A stretch of 64,000 nucleotides of DNA from Takakia lepidozioides (Eukaryota; Plantae; Bryophyta). The notes under the pieces are model-generated. The model did not search any database. It saw only the letters and a program-made list of their open reading frames with translations, and was not told the origin of the DNA. Shown here one piece after another: positions 24,358 to 51,793 of this stretch; within the stretch, counting starts at the first letter, position 1; each line of letters opens with the position of its first letter. The stretch is taken from contig CM060731.1 of NCBI GenBank assembly GCA_030704615.1, forward strand, positions 35,030,001 through 35,094,000, read 5' to 3'. A program made the position numbers and the translations under genes.

Positions 24358-25366
24358 TTAGGTCTGGGCCTTGGCAGCCTGCTTCTCCTTTGACTTCTGA
24401 ATCTTCAGCACCTTCTTAACTATTTTTTGCTCTTCCACGAGAAAAGCTCGAATGATGCTGCAAAACATACACCCCAATCAAAATTCAATAGTTCTTATTT
24501 AAGTAGATAACTTCACATTAGAAGAGCTACAGTGAAGGAGATGTGCATTTTCAACCCACTGCCCATCCGAATTTATCAGATGATACTACACATTGCACTA
24601 TATTCCTATGCACGAAATTTCGCACGACTTGATACTTACCGCTCACGCACAGCTGAGCCAGACATGTTTCCTCCATACGCTCTGTTGACCGTCTTTCGGT
24701 GCCTGTGAAGTCGCGATGTTTTGTACTCAGTTGGCCGCAGGTGCGGAATCTGCCTCAACACATGCCACAACACATGAGCACGTATGCAACACGAGAACTC
24801 ATACACAAGCGTCGTCCCAACCGAGCAACGAGTACTATGGTGCTACAATACCCACCCCAGCAATGCGCTTCCCAGTGATAGAGCACTTGGGACCTTTCGC
24901 CCGCTTCTTCGCAGTTTGGAACACAAGCCTTCCACCTGCAACCGTGCCAGGTAAGTACACTACACTACAATCTCACTAAACAGGGGCCAGAAGTGACAAG
25001 AAACTATTCCTCACGGGGAAACCAAACCAACCCCATACTCCTCCAATCACTGCGGATCCTGCCAGAAGCTGAAACACCTTCAAAACACTGTTGGTGTCTC
25101 GTCCTCTACACCAACCGGGACGCCACATACTCTTCTCTATCGGAGATCTAATCACAGATCAGCTGTATAATCCATTCACATGTCTCCCGCAAACCCTCCA
25201 CACATCTTCCCCATAACATAAGCCTTGCTCACTAACTTCCTCTTGAACGCACCAAAGAACCTTCTGACATCGACAAAACAACCATACCTGGCGTCTTCAC
25301 GACGCGAGTCTGGTTTGACTTGGTGGCATAGCTGTGGCGCCTGCGGTATGTGAGCCTTTGCACCAT
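24358..25366 (-). CDS. RPL34: 60S ribosomal protein L34 (eL34), 4 coding exons, 122 aa
   Basis: Exons 25366-25288, 24935-24856, 24749-24640 and 24457-24358 give [44 protein letters not shown]...[22 protein letters not shown]. Introns are canonical GT-AG. Confidence 0.97.
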
Positions 25367-26158
25367 ATTGACAGCGTCCGCAAGGCCTTTCACACTCAGT
25401 TCACACACGGAGAGCGAGGGCGAGAGAGACAACCCTCACCAACACAGCGTGCTTTGGCTCTTGCCTGTGCCCTAGATTGGACGGTCATCATCTATCCACG
25501 AGAGCTTCCAACATATCCAACGGCGCCAGTGCTTGTCAGCTCGATTGTAGATTAATTCCTCCTGTCATCCACTCACAGAAGTTCTCTCGAGATGGACAAC
25601 TTCCAATGAATAAATACCTCTGGTCATACACATCCGTGACTTTGGATGAATACCTTTCTGGCATCAGGTACTTTAGTGGATGTGGGATAATGAATATTGT
25701 GAATACATCCACGTTTCTCATACAAATGAATCATGTATTCATCCATTTTATTCATATACTTTTATTTATTCACAATTCTCCAGCACAGCTGGTAGCTCAG
25801 TTGGATAATACACTTTGCATCACCCCGGTCGGGATCTCAAATCCTGCTACCTTCTCCTTTAGCCTGGTGTGTCTGAGATGTTGTCTCTATGGCTATCGAT
25901 TGAGATGTTCAAGCTACGCGTATCGGATCATTACAATGGAGGCTTTGGTGAGGATCGTCTGAGATGGAGGAGGATAATTATTTGTACGAGAAAAAGAAAA
26001 GCTCAGTCCGCAGGGGAAGTTGGAAGAAGTTATTAGGGGGAAAAAGCTGTGCTGCAAGGGAGGAAACAAGGCCTTGAAGACAGAAACCCTGTACCCCTGC
26101 TTCTGGCTTCTCTAGCTTGCCAGCTCTGCCTGGGGCAGCGACCTGGAGCTACACCGGC
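25367..26158. promoter_or_regulatory. Putative bidirectional promoter region of RPL34 and ECA3
   Basis: Divergent start codons (25366 on -, 26159 on +) are only ~790 bp apart. No specific cis-element is confidently identified. Confidence 0.55.
25785..25862 (+). mobile_element. SINE family A tRNA-like head fragment between RPL34 and ECA3
   Basis: GTAGCTCAGTTGGATA...TCAAATCCTGCTACCTTCTCC parallels 17880-17950. Confidence 0.6.
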
Positions 26159-41347
<15,189 letters not shown>

Positions 41348-42901
41348 CACCTTTGGTGCAGGTTCTCATTATTGTAAGTGTTTTGGAGCCAGTGGTTTGA
41401 GGATTGATGAAGCGAAATCTCCATTTCACCATAGCTCTGTAACGGGTTGTGTTGGCTGTAGTGCAAGTATCCACCTTGTATCCTGTAATATGAATGGCTG
41501 TTCTGTCTTGAGTCACATGCCCTATTAGTATGGGGGGCATCTTGTGGGTACTCAAAATTTGTGAACAGCATTTGTAATAGATTGGGTGGAGGTCGCTCTG
41601 GCACACAGGGTACAGTTGCAGCAACTCCAGGGATAATGCTGCCCTGGAAACCACTTGCTGTGGTACATAACACCGTTGTCGTCTGCTCTGGCCCCAGTTA
41701 GGTAGCTAGCCAAAGAGGGCCTATTAGGCTGCTGATTTTGCAACTTTTCAAGCCATGACATGGCTGTGTGGAATAGCATCACGCATGTGTGTGAGTGAAG
41801 CTTGATTTAGGCAACCTCATGTATGAATCTCTCTGTATAACGCACTGAAGTAGGCTATTGTGAGGTGCAATAGTGGCCATCTCACTCCTCATAATGGACC
41901 ATTGTTTGCCTGGCTTCAGCATAGCGACCATTTCCATTATCATCACTCGTGCATGTTTCCCAGCAAGAATCTCAACACTCGGTACACTCTTATCCTGAGC
42001 GAAACTGCTTCAAGAGGGAAGACAAGAAAGTTGAAAGTGTTATGTGCTCTGGTAGCACCAACTGATGTAAAACCTCCCTTGTGATCCACAAGGAGCAACT
42101 CGAGTAAAATAGAGTGGAGCTCATCACAAACAGTGTCGAGGATGTTCTGATTTGAAGGTTCTCAGTTTTGTGTCTGTGCATGAGTCTCACAAGTACTAAA
42201 CCATGCAAATCAGCAAATTGCGTTTTCTTATCCAGTGCAACAACTTCGCAAAGGGACTTCTCAAAGCAGCTGCACATTCAACACTGGTCACACAACACTG
42301 GCTGCTCCAGGCACTCTCTATTCTGGACCATTTGCAAAATAGAGTACTTAGACTTATTCTTCCACAATCTGGACTCTCCTTCACGATAGACAGTCTTGCA
42401 TGAGGTGTCGCTCAGCTCAGCTATATGAATATGAGAGTCCTACAACCACTCCGATCTGTACTCAATCACTCTGACGAGCGAGCCAATTGTCCTCTTGTTT
42501 CGGATTTTGCAATGTTAGAGAAGAGCGCCGATGCTTGAATGATGCGCAAGTGCAGATTGACAAGACCAACATTCACAGCAGATGTAAGCTTAGGTCTTGA
42601 CAGAGGGATTGTTCGTGGGAAATTGCAGGCTTGGAAGTTGTGGGCCCAGGGTGGTCCTCAGTGCAACAGGTCGATCTTTGATTGATTGTATGTATTAGAA
42701 GGAAGGAGGCACTGTTGTAACAGTACACGTACCCGATCATTTGGATCCCCGCAGTTTCTCTACAACACTTAGTACAGAGTTGGAGTGAGAGGGAAGTAGA
42801 TACAAGATACTACCGCCTGCAGGGGAGAGTGGGGAGAGTGGGGACTGGAGATTCTTAGGGAAGGTTGTGCATATCCGAGAAGTTGAGAAGTTGGGGGGAA
42901 G

Positions 42902-44934
42902 ATGGAGGGAGCAAGGATGGGCCTTTTGGTTGCGGTGGTAGTGATGTTGGGCGCTTGCTTAGCAGTGCAGGCCGATGTGGTGAACCTCACAGATGCCACT
43001 TTTGTTGACAAGGTATGCGCTGATATTCCTTAGCTAAGCGGCATCTATGCTGTTATTGTAGCTATCCTTTGTGGGTGCAGGGATTGGGAGGTGGTAAGAG
43101 TGTGCTTTGTATCACTTATGTTGGAGTGACTGACACTCCCAGTCATGGCTTGAGGATGTTTGCATCCTCTCGACTTCCTTGTGATTCGTACTGAACCTGC
43201 TTCCTGACAGGAAGTGTGAATCAGATTGTTTGCATGTAGATAGCGGTGGTGATGTATGTTAAGGTGGGGAGTAGGCGGCAAGACTCCACATGTTGTCCAA
43301 TGTTCTGTCTCTTTCTTCCTCTTTGTCCGTTCAAGGTTGCCTCCATTTGGTAAAGAGGCCTTCTGTTGGGATAAGCGCTGGTCGATTTGTATACTTGAGC
43401 AAGGCAATCTGAGATGGGGTTTTGTGGAAAAACTCGGCCTACTGCATCTGGTGCATTGTCCTGCAACATCTCCGCTACACTATGTAAACCTTGCCCGCAT
43501 CTTGGAAATACTTGAGGGCCTTGAGCTCTCCTGCTTCTCGGATGATCCAAGTAGCGCCTGGTAGTTCTCTGAAGGCGTTTTTTTCAAGTGGGAATGTGAA
43601 ACACGGTCTTGCTCCACTTAGTTGAGGCTTAGATTTGCCTCCCATCTGTGTCAGATAAAGTTCCTCTTTAAACTATTTGTTGTCACCTTCCCTTTTTTCA
43701 GCTCTTCTTCTTTTGTGTATTTTATTGCCTTCATTACGGGCTTTGAACGGAACATCATAGCATACCCAGCCTTTGCCACGCTCCTCTCCTTTTTTTGTTA
43801 TTAAAGATGAGGAGACTCCTGCCATCTTGTGTCACTGCAGTTATATGCTGACCTTGTTATGATTGCAGGTGAAGGAGAAAGACACTGTGTGGTTTATCAA
43901 ATTCTATGCACCTTGGTGTGGCCACTGGTATGGAGCTAAACTTATTTCCCCTTCTATTGTGCTTTCACCATACATATGCTCTCAAGTTGATAGCAGATAA
44001 ACCTCTTTTCCTCTTTCAGACTCTGTCCCACTACTCCCAAGGGTGCAACTGGAAATATGAATTGCATCTGAGAAGCTATGCATGATGGTATTGACTTGCG
44101 CACTAGAGGCAAATCTCTTCCTCAATTATCAATCAATTTCATGCAACTGGATTGTTTGTTGTGGCCTTCACTGATTGCTGTCAAACTCAAACAGTTGTCG
44201 GTAACATATATGCAGCAAGCGTTTAGCCCCTACATGGGCTGAATTGGGGAAGGCATTGGAAGGAGAGGACGGTGTTGAGGTAGCCCATGTGGATTGCACC
44301 ACCAGCAAGTCTACTTGTGGCAAAGCCGATGTTCGCTCCTATCCCACTCTAAAGTTGTTCTACAATGGAGAAGAGTTAAAGAAGTATTCAGGTACTTGCT
44401 CCTCTCTTCTCCACCCCTTCTTCACCTGGGCTCTGTCTTTCGTGGCTGGCAGCCATACGTGCTGGGTGGCAGGAACTGTGTACATAGATACCAGAAGGGC
44501 TCATACAATCCGGCCTCTCCAGGGTTTCGACAGGCATCAACACAAATTCTGTGTTTATACGGTAGATGTTAGCAAGCGAAGTCTGAACAGGATAGAATAT
44601 GTAGTTCAGACGGTGGAGTCTTTGTCACCATATCACAAGGTCTGAGGGCACTCTACTTCTCAGCCTTATGCAGTAAGCGGTATCTGAAGTTCAGAAATTT
44701 TCCTTTTAGAGGTTTATCTTTTTGGGTCGACAAGTTCATTAATTTTACCAAAAGTGTAGGTGCTTTTATGGTAGCATTGGACTCGGTTAGAGGATGTTTG
44801 GCTTACATTCATTGTTGGTGATGGATCATGAAACAGGTCCCCGTGATCTGGAATCCTTGAAGGCTTTTGCTGTCGAAGCAGTAGCAGAGATTGCCAGAAC
44901 AGGGAGTGAGGAAGGTGCTACAGCCACTGTGTAA
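42902..44934 (+). CDS. Single-thioredoxin-domain protein disulfide isomerase-like protein (PDIL5-1 type), 4 exons, 147 aa
   Basis: Exons 42902-43012, 43869-43927, 44216-44391 and 44837-44934. Signal peptide, DTVWFIKFYAPWCGHCK active site, YPTLKLF, GPRDLESLKAF. No C-terminal KDEL. Confidence 0.93.
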
Positions 44935-45444
44935 AGCCCTTCTGATGTTGAGGGAGCAGCTGCAGCTTCTGTCAACATGGTTATTGCATGGACTGCTACG
45001 TCCCCATTGAAGAGCGCTGACCTTCTCATGGAACCATGGGAAGCACTGAATTCTGTTGGAGACAAAATTTTCTATTGCTCTGTTGTGTAGACACTAGTTG
45101 TTGTGCTGGTTGCACTACTGATATGTATTTCCCCTCAGAATGTTTTCTATATACCAATTGCATTTGTTAATTTCTATTCGGACACTCAGTAAGTTGGCAA
45201 TTTGCTGAACGGTCCATATCGGGATGCCTTTCTTCTTTTGGACAAATCTTGGTTAGAGAGTCACAGCAAAATGATCACCTCGCAGTATAGCTCGAGTACT
45301 TCAGGCCTTTTTGAAAGTTGACTTCTCTTTGGTAGTTTTCTCCTACTTGTGATGCCTGTGCATTCTTTTTATGGAGAAGAGTAAACACCAGAGAGAACCC
45401 TTTGTTTGAATCTTTAATCCTGGACATCCCTAACACCTTCTGCA

Positions 45445-46000
45445 GAGAGAGAGATGGTGTTTGGCATAGCCTTGTGGCCATAGACTCCTAGTACAAGAGG
45501 GAGCAGAGACTACCTTTGTGAGGGGCTCAGTCTAGTACTGGATGTTACCTTGGTGTAAACATTTGGTTCAGGATTTCCAGATTTCCTCTGAAGGAAATCC
45601 CTTCAGACAAGCTTCAATCTGCTGCGAGTGACCTCCAGGGCTTTACGCTCAGCTCCAATAGATATTTAACTTTAGGGGATAGTTGGTTATGGGATTATCC
45701 TTGTTTTGAGTTTGTGACATGGGTGAGCACTGAGTTTTCTTAGGATGATCTGAAGGGCCTAGGTACCCTCAACTTTAGACTGAAATTTACAGTAAGGGTG
45801 GGGAGTCTACCTTTGAACAATAGGCTCGGGAGTTGGTCTTACTTCTGCCGCGCATCACAAGATGTACAAGAGAGTTTCTCACCCCGAGTAAAGGGTGGAT
45901 GGATTGAAGCTTAAATGATGAAATTGCTTGAGGTGCACAGAAGGTATAAACGCATAAACTTTAGCAGGAAAATGTTGATGGAAACAACTTGTATTTGAAG
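45445..46000 (-). mobile_element. Older 3' fragment of a related LINE, ending in a short (TC)n tail
   Basis: TAGCCTTGTGGCCAT, AGGGGCT and TTTCCAGAT...GAAATCCCTTCA blocks align with 46586-46735. The minus strand ends CAAACACCATCTCTCTCTCT. The upstream boundary is approximate. Confidence 0.7.
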
Positions 46001-46567
46001 GGCTGTCTAGGGAATGATAATAATAGAACCAACCACATTTTCATGAAACATGGTAGGGTACTGAATCCAGTGAAGTGGCAAACTGTAGCACAGATTTCCA
46101 TCCACTTTGAGAAATTTAAATAAGAAACTTAGAGTCCATGATCTCGAGGTATTAGATCTACGCGAAGCCCCAGGAGATCAAATTCATAGTTGCATTTCAA
46201 GATCGCCTACAATCAATCAGACTCGACACCTTCTTTCTGTTCAACATTTCAAACATTCTCAACAAAACTCTGCACAAGGGATATGACAACTCATGTGAAC
46301 AGCATGTTGTCAATCGAGGGAGTTGTCCAATGCGCCAAGGTAGAGGTGGGCAACAGGTCTCTCACAACACCATCTTTGCCGCATCCAGGTATGTTACTGT
46401 ATCTTCTGGCAGAGGCCATCTCTTAATTTGTGGATGGTCACATGTTTCGCTGGTTCCACTGCTTTTCTTGCTATGGATGTATTTTGAAAGGAGAAGACAA
46501 ACTGAGTGTACCAGGCTTTAGCAAGTCTATCCCAAGTTGATACTGACAATGAGCAGAGATTGTACTC

Positions 46568-49500
46568 ATAAGACGTTGTTTGCCGTAGCCTTGTGGCCAT
46601 TGACCCCGCGCCCAGTTTGAGCAGGAACAAAAGGGACAGAACCTACCTCTGTCAGGGGCTGACGTTGGTAGTAAGACTTACCTCCATATATAGAATTAAT
46701 CCGGGTTTTCCAGATATCCTCTAGAAATCCCTTCACACACGCCCAGGTAAGTGTAGGAAGGGAGGACCGGGATCTCTTGACTACCCCACTGCCACTTAAG
46801 ATCACTCCCTCTCCTCTGTCGTTGAATGCTACCACTGCACATTTGCTGACATTAGCCTCTAGCCCCCAAAGATCAAAGTATCTCTTCGCGCAATCAATCA
46901 ACTCCTGGAGATTGGTTGGAGTCTCCCCTATGCCTGCGAAGTCATCCGCAAACATAAGGGCTGGTATGGTGGTATCACCCACCCTTAACCCAAATCCCTC
47001 ACTTTCCACATCCTCGAGGAGTTGATTGATGAAAACATTGAAGAGCAGAGGGGAGAGAGTACATCCTTGAGCTACACCTTGGTCTATGTCAAAGAAGTTG
47101 GACTTCTGTCCGTTAACAGTGACACAGCTTTTGGTGTGAGCATAGGTGGGTTTCCCTTCTTTTTTCCTTCCCTGGATAATCTGGCTTAGAGTGAAGATAT
47201 GATCCACACAGCCCTTGTTTCGCCGAAAGCCAGCTTGGCCTTCGTGGAAACAACCTCTAGACTCCAGATCAACCTTGAGACGAGTACTTGTAACTCTGCA
47301 GAATGTCTTGCCAACAGCATTGAGGAACGTGATGCCACGGTAGTTCCCCGGTTCTTCTCTGTCACCCTTCTTGTATAGATTGACAATGACCCCCTGTCGC
47401 CAGCGAAAGGGATCATTTCAGTCTTCCAGATAAGGTTAAAGAGGAGAACTAGGGCCTCTATCATGGGATCACCACCGTGCTTGATAAGCTCGTTGACAAT
47501 ACCATCAGGTCCACCAGCTTTATATCCATTTAAATGTTCAATTGCTTCCACAATCTCAGAAGAACTAATGGGAGCATTATAAGCCATTGAAATATACTCC
47601 AGTTCATCAGGGCTGTTTTGAATCATAGGAACAGTTTTTCCAACTGTGTCATTCAGCAGACGACCCCTCACTGGTAGACCTAGAAGTTCTGCCAAGGATA
47701 CTGTAGTGAGTTTCAAAGGTTTTGACAATGTCAACCGATGAAGTCACCACTGCACCTCTAGTAGTCTTCAGCGCTTGTACTTGCTGACCGTTTTTCGGCT
47801 TGTACAAACGTTGAAGGGCCAACCAGAATTGCTTGTCATTACCACCATGGTGGTTTGAGTTTATTTCACTGTATAACTTGTCCCAGTATAATTTCTTCTG
47901 AGACCTAACAAGCTGATTGATATCTTTACGGAGCTGGTACTACCTCGCCCACAATTCTCTGTTGGTTTCCAAATTGCAGCACTCTTTATAGAGGGCTCGT
48001 CTCTCAGCTATCTTGAGTTTAATCTCATTAGTCCACCAATTAACTGCTCTACCGCAGACAATTAGTTTCCTCCCAATGATCTTGTCAGCCACGGAGGAAA
48101 TGAAACTCCCCCAAGAGTCCACTGCTCTTTCGACTTCATTTCTTGTGTTAACAGAGCGTGACTGAAGTTCTTGGAGTGATTGGACAAAATGAGGGAGAGC
48201 CTCTTGCAAGGCCTGGACGTACTCAGCCTTGACCTCCTCATTGTGGAATTTTTCTATGCACCACTTCCGAATCGAACGTTTCACAGATCTCTTGGTGGTG
48301 GGAAAACACCTTTTGATCTCAGTCCAAACCAGGAAGTGGTCAGAGGTACCAATATCAGTTCTGTCGATCAACACATTGGCACACTGGGGGAACAAAATTT
48401 TGTCCATTATGATATAGTCCACAATGGAACGTTCCCCAGTTTGGGATTTCTCACGAGTCCACTGCACTTGGTCACCTCTTGTCCTGTTATTCAAGGTCAA
48501 AAGCTGAAGCTCTTCTAGACAGTTAATTAACCGTCTGCCATTAGAATTCAGCGCGTCCTCACCAAAAGGTCCAATGATATCGTCCTGATGGATCCCTTTG
48601 CCCACCCGGGCATTGAAGTCCCCCAATAGTACCACCTGACCTTTGGCAAGGAACGAAGCACAGTCCAGCTTTACATCTTCGAAGGCCTTGTCTGCGTCAG
48701 CACTAAGGGTCCCCTCTGTGGGCATGTAAACACAACCAACAAAGAGGTCCTTTGTACTCATGCCGCCCTTCAAATTCAGTTTTAGCCAGATACTATGCTC
48801 GTACCTCAAACCCTTGTTGATAATTTCACAATTGTCAAACAAGAAATCACGGACAAAGAATCCGACCCCTTTTTGACCGCGTTTGGCAGAGGCTGCCTTG
48901 AGAGTACACATCTTACCTGCCCATTTATAACCAATGACATCTCCAACCAGTTTATCCGACGTTTCCCATGTTTCTTGCCCAGCACAGATATGAATATCAT
49001 TAGTCCGAAGAACTTGTCCCACTTCAAGTTGTTTCCTTTGGTTGGTCAACCCTGAGAAGTTGAAAGTGGCCAGCCGCAAGCCAGCCCTTTGCGTGTGAAT
49101 TGTTTGTCGTCTAGGTAGCTTGTGATTGCTCCTGGACGGCCAACAGTTCTGACAGTTACCCCATGTGTAGATTTTGCTCGTCTTGTGTAAACTTTGAGAA
49201 TTGTTAAACCATTCAGGGTACCGAATCTTTCAGTTACACGACGCACAGGCTCCGCACACATAGGGGCAGATTGTCCGTCAGACTGCTTGGGGACAATTAC
49301 CCCGTGTATAGAATTTGTTCGTCTTGTGTAAACCTTGAGGATTGGTAAACCATTCAGAGTACCAAATCCTTCAGATTCAGGACGTTCAGGTTCCGTACAC
49401 TTAGGGGCATCTTGTCCTTCTGGCTGTTTGGATTCAACCTCATCCAGAGCATCAAACCGATTAGAAACTCTCAAGTTGAAGTTGTTGCCCTTGGTTGTCT

Positions 49501-50147
49501 TCCTAGAGCGCCCCATTGAATCACCAATGGCTAAGACTGCTCTCCAGCCAGTCAAGGGACGAACTTCTTTGAGATTGAATTGATGCGGGACTCTATTAGA
49601 AGCACTTTTGGTCATTACAACCTTCATCGTACCCCTGTTATCAAGTCTCGAGATGGTACCATTAGCCATGAAATCCAAGCCTAAGCTAGAGCATGTAGTT
49701 TTAAAGGACACAGCGTCCATCCTGGGATTCACCCCAAAAACTACACATGAAGCCCTAGATTTGGCATAAGTAACCAATTCCCAGGGATCACCCTGAGGAG
49801 TGTTGATGATGATAGGAGCTAAATTTTTGATTGTTTTCGCAGGCGATAAGTTTAAGCACAGGAACCAACCCGAGCCCAAGTGCCGAGTATGCTAGACAGA
49901 GCATACGACTGCCCAATTTGGGCGGAGGGGCTGCCCCCAAGCGGTAGGAGTCCGCTTGTTACCATTCAGAGATCACACTCCAGGGAGTTGCAGGGAATGG
50001 CCCGTGTAGGCATATTCTAAAGAGGGAAAGGCCCCAAGCTTTCCAACTAAATCCAATGCACTACCTTTACCTGAAGCAAAGCGCTTCAGGTCGAAACAAA
50101 CAAGAACATGAGGTCACAAGGCCGGCATTTAGTCACAGAGACATTAA
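46568..50147 (-). mobile_element. Decayed non-LTR retrotransposon (ORF1 + APE endonuclease-reverse transcriptase ORF2)
   Basis: APE motifs: ATFNFSGL, GQETW, GCVYMP, LLGDFNARVG, IVDYII, SDHFLV (47940-49079). RT motifs: KAGGPDGI, NYRGITFL, QAGFR, GVAQGCTLSPLLF, LMFADD, YTYLG. Disabled by a stop at 47940, frameshifts and two internal deletions. ORF1 at ~49046-49879. Possible 7-bp TSD TGTACTC at 46561-46567 and 50148-50154 (tentative). Confidence 0.92.
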
Positions 50148-51793
50148 TGTACTCCCGTTTCAAGTCCACCCAATGTCAATAGGCTTCCTAGAGGACAGGG
50201 AGATACAATGAGCAGAGAGTGATATAGCGTGTCATCCATTAGTAATCTGGTAACTAGATGAGAACTAGATGTGATTGTTATTGTATGACTTGTAAAACAT
50301 GCTTGCTGTGGTAGCATTTCTGTCCCCCTAGTCAAATCCAAACAGCTGAGTTTGACACATCAATTGATTCTGGATTTAGATTCTAAGTTAACAGACTCAA
50401 TACCTGGTGAAAATTTCCAAAAGCACTCCATAAGCCAGCAGATTTGGTGTTCTGCGAAAAATGACAGATACCTACGTACCGAAGGGACCTGACAGGAATG
50501 TTAATAACTTATTACTGGGGCGGCAGTCGTAGGAGCTGTGAGCAGCATCAGCAGCTGAGAAGTGTACATGAGCTTCGTCCTGTGGATAGCAGCAGGCAGG
50601 AGCAGATTTGGCTGCGCTAAGACAGTCTTCAGCATTTGTAAACGTGCATGATGCTGTCTTCAGACCATTCTTGCATCCAGGGACATGCACTTCGAACTCC
50701 CAGTTGTATATATAAACAGTGAGGATATGTGGGCTGTAAACAAGTCAGTCAGTAGTGATTGCCGAGAACTCTCCAAGAAGCTTGAAATAATTGCACAAGT
50801 AAAACAAATTTAAAACATTTTCCTCCAAATGGATGAATGCTCCTTCAATGCTGAAAGGAGACCCAATGGATGAGTTTAGAGTCTCATCTTATCCCTGGTC
50901 AGAGTTATTCATCCGTGAAGTCGTCTGGTCATCGGTAACCTCGTCGATCCAGGATCTGCGGTAATATAGCGACAAAGACCGTCGATCGCTTGTTGATGGC
51001 CGATCTCGCATGTTCGATGGACTCTGCATGATTCTGCCTCGAGGCGTGTTCTTCTCTCGACTCTTGAGGACTTCATGATCCTGCAGCTCGACGTCTCTCT
51101 CTCGGACTCCAGCTCGACTCTCGAGGCATGGTCGTGGTCTTCTCTCGAACTCTCTGAGGACTCCATCATCCTGCAGCTCGACTCTCGAGGCGGGGTCTCC
51201 TCTCGACTCTCTCCAGGACTCCATCATCCTGCGACAATGTTTAAAAGGAAGGTCATGTTACCTGCTGATTCCAGTTCTATTCCCATATCCTAAGCTGTCT
51301 TCGTCATCGCCGCCATAAGAACTCTCTTTCCATCTTAGTCTCCCGCAACATGTCCGCCATGCTGACACCTAGGGATACCTGCTAGGATGAATCGATGATG
51401 GTGTAACAAGGCGGGAACGGGAAACCGCTCACTTCCTCGATTTCACCACTTTCGTGGAGTTGCCCAGCATTGTCATGTCTTCCTCTTTGTTACTGTCATA
51501 ACCTCACTATCCAAGTTCTTGTCTCCCTCAATGTTGCCGGCTTTTAAATGTCCTCCATGTTGGACCTCTCACTACAGGGGATGGAGGATTTCCCAATTGT
51601 GAGCATGGCAACATTGAGGGAGAAGAAGATGGTGACAGATGGAGAGAGCTGTTACGGCAATGGCGAAGACATCGACGATATGACAGGCAATACCCAGGGG
51701 GATCTAGGACGCAAATACGACATGTGCGTCCAGACCTACTGATTATGAAAATGTGATCATCGCACGTGGCAAAAACAGCGGAACGCCTTCAAA

